From contig JABDFY010000008.1 in the NCBI GenBank assembly GCA_013286365.1, forward strand, positions 199-64,198: DNA of 64,000 bases. Reading direction: 5' to 3'. The position numbers and the translations under genes are program-made. The stretch is from Alphaproteobacteria bacterium (GTDB lineage Bacteria; Pseudomonadota; Alphaproteobacteria; UBA9219). Under the pieces are notes generated by a model that did not search any database, was not told the DNA's origin, and worked only from the letters and a program-made list of their open reading frames with translations. Shown in pieces: positions 51,171 to 60,907 of this stretch (position 1 is the first letter of the stretch; every line of letters begins with the position of its first letter).

Positions 51171-53282
51171 ATGAAGCTGTCTCGCCTCGTCTTTATAATA
51201 ATTTTATTACTGACTGTTGCCGTACCCTCTAACGCTCGCGCTTTAAGCAGCAGTTGGGAACAGGATGGCACGGCCGCCATGCGCATTGTCTCGGGCGTCG
51301 ATGGCGTCGGCGATGAGAAAGCCATTCTGCTTGGTCTTGAAATTCAACTGGCGCCGGATTGGCACACCTACTGGCGATCACCAGGCGAAGCCGGACTACC
51401 GCCACAATTCGACTGGAAAAACAGCCTCAATGATACTGGTAATTTACAAACGGCAACAATTTTATATCCAGCGCCCAAGCGCTCGATGACTTTTGGCATC
51501 GAAACCATTGGCTACAATGAGCATGTCTTGCTTCCGATTTATGCCCAGCTACGCATGCCTGGCAAACCTTTATCGCTCGATATAACGGCCGACATTCTGG
51601 TGTGCAGCGATATTTGTGTTCCTAAACACTTTGTCCTGAAACTCGTCATACCCAAGGGGCCTGCTGTGGAAAGCGCTGAAGCGTCACTGATACGCAAATA
51701 TAGAAATCTAGTGCCCATTGATGACGATACCGCCGGTATGCATGTTAAAAATATAACGCTGTCCAGTGATGCTCAAAGTTTGACTATCGATGTCACGTCG
51801 AAGGATGAGTTTACGGCGCCTGATATCTTCATCGAAACCGAAAAAAATATCGCCTTTTATCCTCCGGTTATGAGCTTGGGGGCGGATAAACATAACGCCG
51901 AATTTAACGTCAAACTAGCGGGCCAGCAGGTATTGGAAGGTAATGGTTTGATCAACTTACCGCTGACCATTACCATAACTGACGGCGATCATGCCGCCGA
52001 ACAGAAAGAAATTGTCCCGCCACCTTCAAAAGTACTGCCGCCTCCTTTGCCTTCGCTACCTACATTGCCCCTTGGTATCGTCATTTTATTTGCCATTATC
52101 GGCGGCTTTATTCTCAATCTTATGCCCTGCGTACTACCTGTTTTATCGCTTAAAATATTAAGCGTAGCCAGCCACGGCGGTGGCGAGGCTAAAACGGTGC
52201 GCCATAGCTTTTTGACAACCGCCGCCGGCATCCTGTTCTCCTTTTTGGTTTTAGCTGGCGTAACGATCGTCATGAAAGAAACAGGACTTACGATCGGCTG
52301 GGGCGTGCAGTTTCAACAACCCATTTTCCTTTTGTGCCTGGTCATATTACTTACCTTCTTCGCCGCAAACTTGTTGGGTTTGTTTGAAATCAAGTTGCCT
52401 CAACTTCTTGCAGACACGCTAAGCGATACGGCCTACCACCCAAAGTTAGCCGGCGATTTCGCCACCGGCGCCTTTGCAACTCTCTTGGCCACGCCATGCA
52501 CGGCGCCATTTCTTGGCACAGCCGTTGGCTTTGCGCTGGCTTCAGGGCCACGCAACATATTAATCATTTTTTGCGCGCTTGGATTTGGCATGATTTTACC
52601 CTATCTCGCTATTGCCCTGTGGCCCGGCATGGCAACGGCACTGCCAAAACCTGGAAGATGGATGGTTATCTTGCGCCACCTGCTTGGTTGGGCGCTGGCC
52701 TTAACGGCGGCGTGGCTTATTTGGGTTCTGGCTGCCCAGTTATCGCCTCGCGTCGCCATCGTCATAGCTCTATGCATGACGGGGGTTATAGGCCTACTCG
52801 GCTTGCAAAAAATAAATCCGCAGCGACGTTTTTTAAATTACGCTATTGGCGTTTTTATACTATCGGCTTTCTGCCTCACCATACTTGAGCCATATGCGCC
52901 AGAGGCGCCAGCTGAAGTTGATACGAGTTGGCAGGCTTTTGATGAAACCGCAATTTCTCAGGATGTCATGGATGGCAAAACGGTTTTTGTCGACGTTACG
53001 GCTGACTGGTGCTTGACATGCAAAGCAAATAAAAGATTTATTCTGTCTCAAGACGATGTAAAGCAGCGGCTGTTTCATACCGATATCGTTGCGATGCAGG
53101 CCGATTGGACAAATCCAAATCCCACCATTGCCGCTTTTCTGCAAAAATACCGTCGTTACGGCATACCATTTAATGCTGTGTTTGGTCCCGGTGCACCGCA
53201 AGGTATTGTGTTGCCTGAACTATTAACACATCATGCCGTGCTTGAGGCACTCGATAAGGCAGCTAAACCAGCAAAACACTGA
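51171..53282 (+). CDS. thiol:disulfide interchange protein, DsbD/ScsB family
   Basis: 703 aa with a signal peptide and a periplasmic N-domain. The DsbD-type TM core reads LNLMPCVLPVLSLK...ATPCTAPFLG. The C-terminal thioredoxin motif is WCLTC. Confidence 0.88.
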   Translation: MKLSRLVFIIILLLTVAVPSNARALSSSWEQDGTAAMRIVSGVDGVGDEKAILLGLEIQLAPDWHTYWRSPGEAGLPPQFDWKNSLNDTGNLQTATILYPAPKRSMTFGIETIGYNEHVLLPIYAQLRMPGKPLSLDITADILVCSDICVPKHFVLKLVIPKGPAVESAEASLIRKYRNLVPIDDDTAGMHVKNITLSSDAQSLTIDVTSKDEFTAPDIFIETEKNIAFYPPVMSLGADKHNAEFNVKLAGQQVLEGNGLINLPLTITITDGDHAAEQKEIVPPPSKVLPPPLPSLPTLPLGIVILFAIIGGFILNLMPCVLPVLSLKILSVASHGGGEAKTVRHSFLTTAAGILFSFLVLAGVTIVMKETGLTIGWGVQFQQPIFLLCLVILLTFFAANLLGLFEIKLPQLLADTLSDTAYHPKLAGDFATGAFATLLATPCTAPFLGTAVGFALASGPRNILIIFCALGFGMILPYLAIALWPGMATALPKPGRWMVILRHLLGWALALTAAWLIWVLAAQLSPRVAIVIALCMTGVIGLLGLQKINPQRRFLNYAIGVFILSAFCLTILEPYAPEAPAEVDTSWQAFDETAISQDVMDGKTVFVDVTADWCLTCKANKRFILSQDDVKQRLFHTDIVAMQADWTNPNPTIAAFLQKYRRYGIPFNAVFGPGAPQGIVLPELLTHHAVLEALDKAAKPAKH

Positions 53283-53361
53283 GCATAACTTGCTGTTCAA
53301 GCGATAAAGCCGTAATGTCCCCCTGCCCCCAGGGTTAATTCAACAAAACAGGAGATCGGCC

Positions 53362-53859
53362 ATGACCATCAAAGTTGGTGATAAGATCCCAGCCACTAAT
53401 CTTAAACAGTTGACCAGCGATGGAATGCAAGATCTATCCACAGCTAGCGTCTTTGAAGGCAAGAAAGTCGTCATGTTTGCCGTACCTGGTGCCTTTACAC
53501 CGACTTGTTCAGCCAAACATTTGCCGGGCTATGTACAAAACTTAAGCCAGTTTAAAGCCCAAGGCATTGATGTCGCCTGCCTATCCGTCAATGATGCTTT
53601 CGTCATGTCAGCTTGGGCAGATGGCCAAAAAGCCAAAGGCATCACAATGCTCGCCGACGGCAATGGCACCTTCACAAAGGCTCTCGGGCTCGAAATGGAT
53701 GGCACAGGCTATGGTCTTGGCTCTCGCTGCCAGCGTTTTGCACTTTATGCTGAGAATGGCGTGATTAAGTCTTTGGCGATCGAAAAGCCAGGCGCCTTCG
53801 ATGTATCCAGTGCCGAGGCTATGCTTAAGGCCGTTAGCGAGAAAAAAGCCGCTGCTTAA
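53362..53859 (+). CDS. peroxiredoxin (Prx5-type, AhpC/TSA family)
   Basis: Contains VPGAFTPTCS, the peroxidatic Cys context. 165 aa. Confidence 0.9.
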   Translation: MTIKVGDKIPATNLKQLTSDGMQDLSTASVFEGKKVVMFAVPGAFTPTCSAKHLPGYVQNLSQFKAQGIDVACLSVNDAFVMSAWADGQKAKGITMLADGNGTFTKALGLEMDGTGYGLGSRCQRFALYAENGVIKSLAIEKPGAFDVSSAEAMLKAVSEKKAAA

Positions 53860-53880
53860 TAAGCATCTAAGTGTATGAAT

Positions 53881-53911
53881 AAAAAAATAGGGCGGGATAA
53901 AATCCCGCCCT
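53881..53911 (-). terminator. rho-independent terminator for carD (minus strand)
   Basis: The stem AGGGCGGGA (53889-53897) pairs with TCCCGCCCT (53903-53911). On the minus strand it is followed by a run of seven T (A-run at 53881-53887 on the plus strand). It lies 42 nt after the carD stop. Confidence 0.7.
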
Positions 53912-53952
53912 AAAAGGCTATAGACAGTCAAAGAAAATATTTAGCCGGGACT

Positions 53953-54468
53953 TTAAGCAGCCCTCTTCTCGCGTTCACGAAGCAATACGGTTTCCAACTT
54001 CTGCGTCGCTTTCAGCTGATCAATCTTCTCAACAGCAGCAAGCTCGCGTGCTAAGCGCTCAAGCGCCGCCTGATAAATCTGGCGCTCGCTGTATGATTGT
54101 TCGGGTTGATCTGTACCGCGATGAAGGTCACGCACGACCTCTGCAATTGATACTGGATCGCCTGAATTAATTTTTGATTCGTATTCTTGTGCACGGCGAC
54201 TCCACATCACGCGGCGAACTTTCGAGCGACCTTGCAGCGTTGACAGAGCTTCCTTGATACGATCGCGCGAAGAAAGACGACGCAAACCGGACGTCTTGGC
54301 TTTACTAACCGGAACCTTAAGGCGCATTCGATCTTGTTCAAAGGCGATCGAGTACAGCATCACGTCCTGACCGGCGACAGAGTATGTGTCCACACCCTCA
54401 ACACGTCCCACGCCATGCGCGGGATATACGACAAAATCACCTTTTTTGAATTCCAACTTCTCGGCCAT
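53953..54468 (-). CDS. carD: CarD-family RNA polymerase-binding transcription regulator
   Basis: From the internal Met the sequence reads MAEKLEFKKGDFVVYPAHGVGRVEGV, the Tudor-like RID domain. The upstream 21 codons of the ORF are not conserved-looking. Confidence 0.88.
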   Translation of the reverse strand: MAEKLEFKKGDFVVYPAHGVGRVEGVDTYSVAGQDVMLYSIAFEQDRMRLKVPVSKAKTSGLRRLSSRDRIKEALSTLQGRSKVRRVMWSRRAQEYESKINSGDPVSIAEVVRDLHRGTDQPEQSYSERQIYQAALERLARELAAVEKIDQLKATQKLETVLLREREKRAA

Positions 54469-54879
54469 GACTGCTGATCTCCTGCGCTCTTGTTGGTCGT
54501 AACAGCAAACTATGACAAAATATGGGCTCACAAGTCCTGGTGGCTACCTTCGTCCTCTTTCATCTCTTCCTAGATGCACAAAACCCACACTCGAGCCTAT
54601 CTGAGCATAAGCGTCGCACAATTAACTAGCTGATGAAGCTGGATGGTAGTCCAGGTCTCTGCCATATCCGCCGGAATGACTGCCCGACATAGGGAACTAT
54701 ATACCATTTGTTAGGTATTATGGCAAAACTTTCATTATATATTTTGAATTACATTTGTATATCAATGAGATAGATGTTTATGCAATTAATATAAATAGTT
54801 AATAAATATTAATAAATGACCAACTTTATCAGAATCGATGTGGCGTCAAGCCTCCACTTACCGCACCTGCGAAGCAGAA

Positions 54880-55212
54880 TTACTTGCCAGGCTTGTCACT
54901 GAAGTTCTCCGCAAACTTCCCACTTTTGCCTTTCCATTCATCGGCATCTGGTGGGGCGTCTTTCTTGCGGGTGATGTTAGGCCATTTGGTGCCATATTCT
55001 CGGTTAAGCTCCAGCCATTTAGCCGCTTCAGGATTGTTATCAGGAATAATTGCCTCCGCCGGGCATTCCGGTTCGCACACACCGCAATCGATGCATTCAT
55101 CGGGATTGATGACAAGCATGTTCTCGCCTTCATAAAAACAATCAACCGGACATACTTCGACGCAGTCGGTGTATTTGCAGCGAATGCAGGCTTCAGTAAC
55201 GACATAAGGCAT
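54880..55212 (-). CDS. fdxA: 7Fe ferredoxin (FdxA type)
   Basis: Starts [29 protein letters not shown] and contains [12 protein letters not shown]. Confidence 0.93.
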   Translation of the reverse strand: MPYVVTEACIRCKYTDCVEVCPVDCFYEGENMLVINPDECIDCGVCEPECPAEAIIPDNNPEAAKWLELNREYGTKWPNITRKKDAPPDADEWKGKSGKFAENFSDKPGK

Positions 55213-55285
55213 AAGGGGCTCCCTGTTTTGTGTCGGTTAACATTTTGTGATAGAGATGGCAAGAAACAAGAGCATTTGAGGATTT

Positions 55286-55717
55286 ATGGCATCACGGCTT
55301 GAGAAAGTATGCGCCGAGCGTGGTTTGAAGATGACCGAGCAGCGCCGCGTTATTAGCCGCGTGCTGTCGGACGCGCATGACCATCCGGATGTCGAGGAAG
55401 TATACCGCCGTGCCAGCGAACTTGATCCCAAAATCAGCATTGCCACGGTTTACCGCACCATGCGGCTGTTTGAGGAAGCCAATGTCATCGAACGCTTGGA
55501 TTTCGGCGATGGCCGGGCACGTTACGAGGAAAGCCGTGAAGAACACCATCATCATTTAATAGATCTTAACTCCGGCGAAGTTATCGAATTCAAAAATGAA
55601 GAGCTTGAACAATTAAAAGAAAAAATTGCCAGGGAGTTAGGCTATGATTTGATCGGTCACCGGTTAGAACTTTATGGCGTGAAGCGTGGCACGCCATCAA
55701 ATCGTAAAAAAGAATAA
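55286..55717 (+). CDS. irr: Fur-family regulator, Irr-like (iron response regulator)
   Basis: Lacks the CxxC pairs. It has an EHHHHLIDL His cluster and the C-terminus IEFKNEELEQLKEKIARELGYDLIGHRLELYGV, as remembered for alphaproteobacterial Irr. Confidence 0.7.
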   Translation: MASRLEKVCAERGLKMTEQRRVISRVLSDAHDHPDVEEVYRRASELDPKISIATVYRTMRLFEEANVIERLDFGDGRARYEESREEHHHHLIDLNSGEVIEFKNEELEQLKEKIARELGYDLIGHRLELYGVKRGTPSNRKKE

Positions 55718-55950
55718 TGTCTAAAAAATATATGCCACAGCACAAAAAACAAACAACAGCCATTTGCATTGGCGATTGCTGTCAAGACGCTGTCAAACGC
55801 GCCTATAAGGAAATGCAAAGCCAGGACGTGCCAGACTTATTCGCCCTTGACGCGGCTCTCTCTGTTTTTCACTGGTATCATCCAAATGTTGCAACGTCAG
55901 AAGCCGAACAGATCGTTTCACACTGGGTCTATGATGGTGCCGTCCATTAG
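55717..55950 (+). CDS. 77-aa hypothetical protein translationally coupled to the irr-like gene
   Basis: Its ATG overlaps the irr TAA (TAATG). Contains a CIGDCC motif. Confidence 0.4.
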   Translation: MSKKYMPQHKKQTTAICIGDCCQDAVKRAYKEMQSQDVPDLFALDAALSVFHWYHPNVATSEAEQIVSHWVYDGAVH

Positions 55951-55993
55951 TTGACGGGACAAGATTGAACCTTTAAAGCATCCAGGAGATACC

Positions 55994-56068
55994 GCCGTTG
56001 TAGCTCAGCGGTAGAGCAGGGCTTTCGTAAAGCCAAGGTCGGGGGTTCAAATCCCTCCAACGGCACCA
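55994..56068 (+). tRNA. tRNA-Thr (anticodon CGU)
   Basis: Sequence is GCCGTTGTAGCTCAGCGGTAGAGC...TTCGTAA...GGTTCAAATCC...CAACGGCACCA, which forms a cloverleaf with one mismatch at the base of the anticodon stem. Confidence 0.9.
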
Positions 56069-56354
56069 CTCGTACCATTACCTTATGGTAATGCTTACTC
56101 CCAAGACGATGAGTATAATGATTTTTCTCTAGATGCATGACGCTAATGACGAACAATGGCACCTTTTTGTTAACCATAAATTCTGAAGGCCATGGAGAAA
56201 CAAATGAGACCTATTGCTTATTAGTTTCAGAGATATGCGTTATATATTTTGACGAGTTTAAAAGGAAGCGCATCATTGCAGTCTTATAAAAAGCAGTATT
56301 GAATTAAAACGCACTTATATGATTTCTTTGGATTGAAACTTACATTATTAAATT

Positions 56355-57536
56355 ATGCTTAAATTTCCACCTTCGCGTTTTAACGCTCGTCCCTATTTTT
56401 ACGACGAGTTTTCTCCTGCGGAATTGGCGCCTTATGCCGATCTTATTCGCTGCGCATGCGAACTTGAGTGTGAAAAACTTACCAGTTTACTTTCTCAACG
56501 TACAGAGCCTGTACCGCAACGGATTGCCACGGCACTTTTTATGCGTGTGCATCGCTTTGCCGAGATGCAAAAGAATCGTGAAAAATTTCATCTTGTGGAG
56601 GGTAACCCTATAGATCAAGAAGCGGTTTATTTAGTCTCGAACCAGCTTATTCTCGCCGGCGCCAATCCTTTCATAACGCTGTCCAATCGAAGAATGGGGA
56701 ATAAGGCCGAACGAATAAAGCTTAGCCTCACTCTACTGCCGCCGGGCGTTAAGGCCGAAGATAATGGCTACACTCTGGCTCACGCCCTTTGCACGTGCGA
56801 AGAATTCGTCGACGAAATATTGCCGGTTCTTTGCGAATTCAGAATAGATTTTAACAGTGTTCCTCGCAATCCAAAATACGCTGTCCTTGGCACAGCCCTT
56901 CATTTGATTCTTGCTTACGAACATTTTGATACAGCTTCCACCTATCTGGAGGTCACGCGCGGTAAACTGGATCTCTCAATCACGGACGGCGAAAGAAAAA
57001 CCATCCCCATCCTTGCCGCCAAATTGGGGGCTGAGTCTATACTAATACAACTCGCTCGGCTTTACCCAGGCCAACTGTCGCTTACTGCGCAAGACAACGA
57101 AGGACGCACTGCAGCGCATTATTGTTTCATTCTTGGTCTTGAGCGGGCCATCCCTTTTTACATGAATGCGGATGTACAAAATATTAGAGATATTTATGGT
57201 CGGACACCTGAGGATTATTTAAAAATACCGGACGCGAGGGAGGAAATAAGTCGTGTTCTCTCTTCCATTGAAATAGATTCAAGCCGTGATGCCGGCGCTT
57301 TTTTTAATGCCGTAGCCGGCAACAGAAGCGGCAGATCGATAATCATCCAAGGCGAAGCTCGAACAACAGTAAGAGAAAATTTTACGGATGATTTGAAACG
57401 AGCCGCTCATGCTGCGTTTGGTGACACCGGTCTCGCGTATATCGAACGGCAATTCCAGCAATTACGCGGAAAATCTCTTTTGCAAGAAATTATCGAACGC
57501 CGTTCGGCGCTTGCCGCCGCCTATACCCCGGGTTGA
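56355..57536 (+). CDS. ankyrin-repeat-like protein (393 aa)
   Basis: Shows ANK-type periodicity and motifs (GYTLAHALCT, GTALHLILAYEH, GRTAAHYCFILG, GRTPEDYL). It has no signal peptide and sits in AT-rich flanks. Confidence 0.6.
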   Translation: MLKFPPSRFNARPYFYDEFSPAELAPYADLIRCACELECEKLTSLLSQRTEPVPQRIATALFMRVHRFAEMQKNREKFHLVEGNPIDQEAVYLVSNQLILAGANPFITLSNRRMGNKAERIKLSLTLLPPGVKAEDNGYTLAHALCTCEEFVDEILPVLCEFRIDFNSVPRNPKYAVLGTALHLILAYEHFDTASTYLEVTRGKLDLSITDGERKTIPILAAKLGAESILIQLARLYPGQLSLTAQDNEGRTAAHYCFILGLERAIPFYMNADVQNIRDIYGRTPEDYLKIPDAREEISRVLSSIEIDSSRDAGAFFNAVAGNRSGRSIIIQGEARTTVRENFTDDLKRAAHAAFGDTGLAYIERQFQQLRGKSLLQEIIERRSALAAAYTPG

Positions 57537-57564
57537 GGGCTCAGAAGGATTTTTCCGTTAATAA

Positions 57565-59712
57565 CTAGGCTGCAACGGCCGGTAGTGCGCTACTAACTCC
57601 TAATCTTTGCCCCAGAACAACCTCACGACCTAAAGCTGATCCGTCGTTGGCCGCCTGACGCCATTCAAAATATTCATTAATCGGACGTTGAAGAATAACT
57701 TCTGCATCTGTATGTCCACCTCCGCCATGAAGGGATACGACATGGTCATTTCCTTCACGTTTGTAATCGACTACAAACATCCTTTCGCGTCGTTCGGGAG
57801 GTATAGCGGGATCAAACGGAGTAACTGTTATCCAACCTCTACTTAAAAATTCCCGCAGCGCGTGAATATCCGCTGCCTTGGCAACTGCTCCAGGTTGAGT
57901 TCCAGGTACCTGTAATGCACCCCTGACAAAAAACACTGCCCTTGGTCTGAAAGGTTCATTTGGCATATTGTGGCAAACTTCGATGAATTTTCTCTGCGCT
58001 TCGTCATCAGTCATGCCCTGAGGTACTTGCACCACGGCAATGGGCATATGTTCGTGGCCTCTCGGGTCATGAGCTACATTTTCCATAACCAAGCCAAGTT
58101 CAGCCAATCTTTTCATCGGAACACCAAAGGCCCAAGACTGAAAACCAACGTTATCCAATGGACCTGTTATGTCGCTGGAACTGCACTTAACACCTTTTTC
58201 ATTCCACACTGTGTTGTCGCGTCCATCATGAACTAAGACCAGTTTTATTACGTCTCCAACTCTAACTTCTTCTCGATGAGCGAGATCGTGGCTGATCCAC
58301 CAGCGCCTTCCTTCAGCATCATTGTAGTAATCTTCATGATCATCGGTGTGCGCATAACAGTCGCCCTCCATAACTTGGACATGGATGACGCCTTGTTGAC
58401 CAGTCCCAGCAATTTCTTCACCGACGTAATCGGGGCTAAAACGTACCCCAGGATCTTCCGCCTTCATTAATTTGATACATTGTCCAGGAAGAACTTCGCC
58501 AATTGAGCGCAAGGTAGAATTGTGGCGCACTTCTTCCACAGATTGGCCTGTTATATAGACCATACCTTCTGACGACCCGTAGGCTTCCTGAAGCGGAATG
58601 CCGAACACTTCGAAAAACTTTGTTCGCGTAGCAAGCGGTAGCTTGTCTGCACTTGAAAAGAACCGTGCATCGCGTGCCTGCAGTACAGACTTCAAACCAG
58701 CACGCTGCCAGCCGTCCATTTCTTTCTCAACATATTGAATAAGCTGTGTATATTGAAAAGGTACGAGCGCGTGATGAGTGGTATCATTTTCCAGTATTAT
58801 TTTAAGATAGGCCTTAGGATCAAATCTTGGCGTCATAACCATCTGTGCGCCCGTAAGGCCACAGCATGCCAGAAAACGCATAATGCCATTGGCGTGCGCC
58901 AAATCCAGAACACCAAGGAATTTGCTCTTGGGTCCAAGCTCCATATGTGCAGCCATGGCAGCAGCATTTGAGGCGTATTGATATTGCCTGTTACGTACGA
59001 ATTTAGCCCCTCCTGAAGTTCCTGTTGTGGCAATCGTTACGACATAACCGAGGGGAGGAACACGCGCAGCTGGTGGAAGACCTACCTCGTCTGCAGCAGC
59101 CTCAAAAAAATGGCGCGGTTGTGGATCTCCGGCTTCAATAAAATTGTTGAAAAGCTCTCTTATGACTTCGGGAATTCTATAATCACTTGTTGCGACTAGG
59201 AGTTTATTAGCTGAATTGCCACCATTTCCTAGCAAATCGAGTCGATTTTTGATATCAGTCTTTACCGCCGCCATATCACCCGGGGTTGGCGATTTTCTGA
59301 TAGAACGAACGGGAGCATGGTTGGTGCCTGTAAACCAGCTTGCGATATGCAAGAAAGCCGTAAGAGGGGAAAAAGGCGTAGCAGAAATTAATGTGTCGCC
59401 AGGATTTAATCCTCTGCGACGTATCTCCTCACACATTTCCGCGACAATCTGCCGCATCCGTCCGAACGAATATTCATCAACTGATCCGTCGGGATGGATG
59501 AATTTGAGGCCAGTCTCTTGCAATCTGCCTTCATGCGCACGCCCCCATAATGTGGACATCGGTGCCGCAGGTACGCCGGCGGCCTTAAAAGCAGCAAGTG
59601 GATCACCACTTTGAGGTTTTACCCTTAAAATTTCTTCGGTTAATGCCGCTTCGTCCCAAGATCCATCAGCATTTACGTTGTTTATAAGATCAAACGGCAC
59701 AACCTTCTCCAT
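57565..59712 (-). CDS. divergent adenylate-forming enzyme (AMP-dependent synthetase/ligase superfamily), 715 aa
   Basis: Degenerate core motifs are TTGTSGGAKF (A3-like), EAYGSSEG (A5-like) and HDGRDNTVWNEKGVK (A8-like). It has large insertions and a roughly 100-aa C-terminal extension. Confidence 0.55.
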   Translation of the reverse strand: MEKVVPFDLINNVNADGSWDEAALTEEILRVKPQSGDPLAAFKAAGVPAAPMSTLWGRAHEGRLQETGLKFIHPDGSVDEYSFGRMRQIVAEMCEEIRRRGLNPGDTLISATPFSPLTAFLHIASWFTGTNHAPVRSIRKSPTPGDMAAVKTDIKNRLDLLGNGGNSANKLLVATSDYRIPEVIRELFNNFIEAGDPQPRHFFEAAADEVGLPPAARVPPLGYVVTIATTGTSGGAKFVRNRQYQYASNAAAMAAHMELGPKSKFLGVLDLAHANGIMRFLACCGLTGAQMVMTPRFDPKAYLKIILENDTTHHALVPFQYTQLIQYVEKEMDGWQRAGLKSVLQARDARFFSSADKLPLATRTKFFEVFGIPLQEAYGSSEGMVYITGQSVEEVRHNSTLRSIGEVLPGQCIKLMKAEDPGVRFSPDYVGEEIAGTGQQGVIHVQVMEGDCYAHTDDHEDYYNDAEGRRWWISHDLAHREEVRVGDVIKLVLVHDGRDNTVWNEKGVKCSSSDITGPLDNVGFQSWAFGVPMKRLAELGLVMENVAHDPRGHEHMPIAVVQVPQGMTDDEAQRKFIEVCHNMPNEPFRPRAVFFVRGALQVPGTQPGAVAKAADIHALREFLSRGWITVTPFDPAIPPERRERMFVVDYKREGNDHVVSLHGGGGHTDAEVILQRPINEYFEWRQAANDGSALGREVVLGQRLGVSSALPAVAA

Positions 59713-59837
59713 ATAATTATAATTATGAAATAATGCGCAACACTCTATCGCTACAATCTACCCCAGGCAACGCTTTTAAGAGTAAAGTGTTAATTTGAAC
59801 CCCCGGTGCCAACCTTGTTGTTCTAAGTCTGTTAAAA

Positions 59838-60138
59838 GTGCAGCACTCATTTTACTTCACCATTAATGCTGGTGGATTGAATGCTGTCGTGCTTGATATA
59901 AAAGTTATTACCTTTTTGGCAAGAAATTCTTTAGTTACGTGCCTTAAACTAGGTTAACCGATTGGAAATGATGCCCATTCTAGGAAACCCCTCAAATGGC
60001 TTCGCTCAGGGTTGGTTGCTTAACCAATTACTTCACAGATCAGGTCCAGATGTTGACCTACTTGAGCGTAAGAAGATGATGCAGGAATGGGCCAACTATC
60101 TCGACAGTGTTTTGACAAAAACCATCCCTCAATTGTGA
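59838..60138 (+). pseudogene. C-terminal remnant of a P4-type tyrosine integrase (frameshifted, N-terminus missing)
   Basis: One frame reads HSFYFTINAGGLNAVVLDI, ending at the stop at 59955-59957. A second frame (59968-60138) reads ...DLLERKKMMQEWANYLDSVL*. This resembles the conserved integrase tail (HGFR...LEERR.MMQ.WADYL). Confidence 0.55.
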
Positions 60139-60370
60139 CCGTGACAAGAAATCTTGTGAAGGATTAAATTTCCGGTCTTATTGTTTGCTTGTTTGCGTGT
60201 TGAGCAAAAGCTGCAAAACTACGATGCTCTACGCCGAAGATATCTGTGGGCCGTCCAGACATGCCTTTGAGATGGAACTTAATATAAAACTGCCTTCCAT
60301 CACCAATAACTGCGCGTTTATAGATCTTTTCAACGAGTGAATGTACAATGCTTATCTTATTTGAATGAGG

Positions 60371-60907
60371 CTATATAGGTTTGCATTGGGCATACGTATA
60401 ATATCCAGTATCATTCCCGGCGCTCCCGATATCACACCCGGCCTGTTCGCAAGCACTCAGATGCGTAACTGGATCAATAACACCAGCTCTAGTTGGACAT
60501 GTACCCGATTCCGAAGGGGTGAGCCAGCTTGTACAGTACATATTTATTAAACCTGCTGGACAGTCGAGATAATTCACATGGTCTTTTTCAAACGGAAAGG
60601 TCGTGAGAACGACTCTGCTGTTTGCATCAAAAGGGGTAATACTAAGTAGTCGAGGTGATATGCCCGGCGCATTTCCTATTCCCGGGCTAAACACAAGTTT
60701 ATATTTATCAGCCCCCGGAAATCGGGGGTCGATGCTGAACGGCGCGACGGGGCCGTTTGCCGGTGGGACCAGAGGTCCAACTGTTACCTGATTAGGACCC
60801 GGTGTTGAAGTAACTGAAGATTGGTTATTCGGTGAAGCTGTGGCCGAAAAAGCGTATGCAAAAATGCATAAAGAGAGAAAAAGAAATGTAATATTATTAA
60901 ATTTCAT
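60371..60907 (-). CDS. hypothetical secreted protein (178 aa), Pro-rich N-terminal half and Cys-rich C-terminal half
   Basis: Has a signal peptide (ITFLFLSLCIFAYAFSA) and six Cys in the last 75 aa. Confidence 0.55.
   Translation of the reverse strand: MKFNNITFLFLSLCIFAYAFSATASPNNQSSVTSTPGPNQVTVGPLVPPANGPVAPFSIDPRFPGADKYKLVFSPGIGNAPGISPRLLSITPFDANSRVVLTTFPFEKDHVNYLDCPAGLINMYCTSWLTPSESGTCPTRAGVIDPVTHLSACEQAGCDIGSAGNDTGYYTYAQCKPI

Noticed and set aside
60140-60370. An open frame continuing in phase after the TAG of the 60371-60907 gene (PHSNKISIVHSLVEKIYKRAVIGDGRQFYIKFHLKGMSGRPTDIFGVEH...). It could be stop-codon read-through or a gene remnant.
   Set aside because: It has no start codon of its own and no recognisable family. 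Same-frame continuation is expected by chance one time in three. It may be a remnant of island cargo but cannot be supported.
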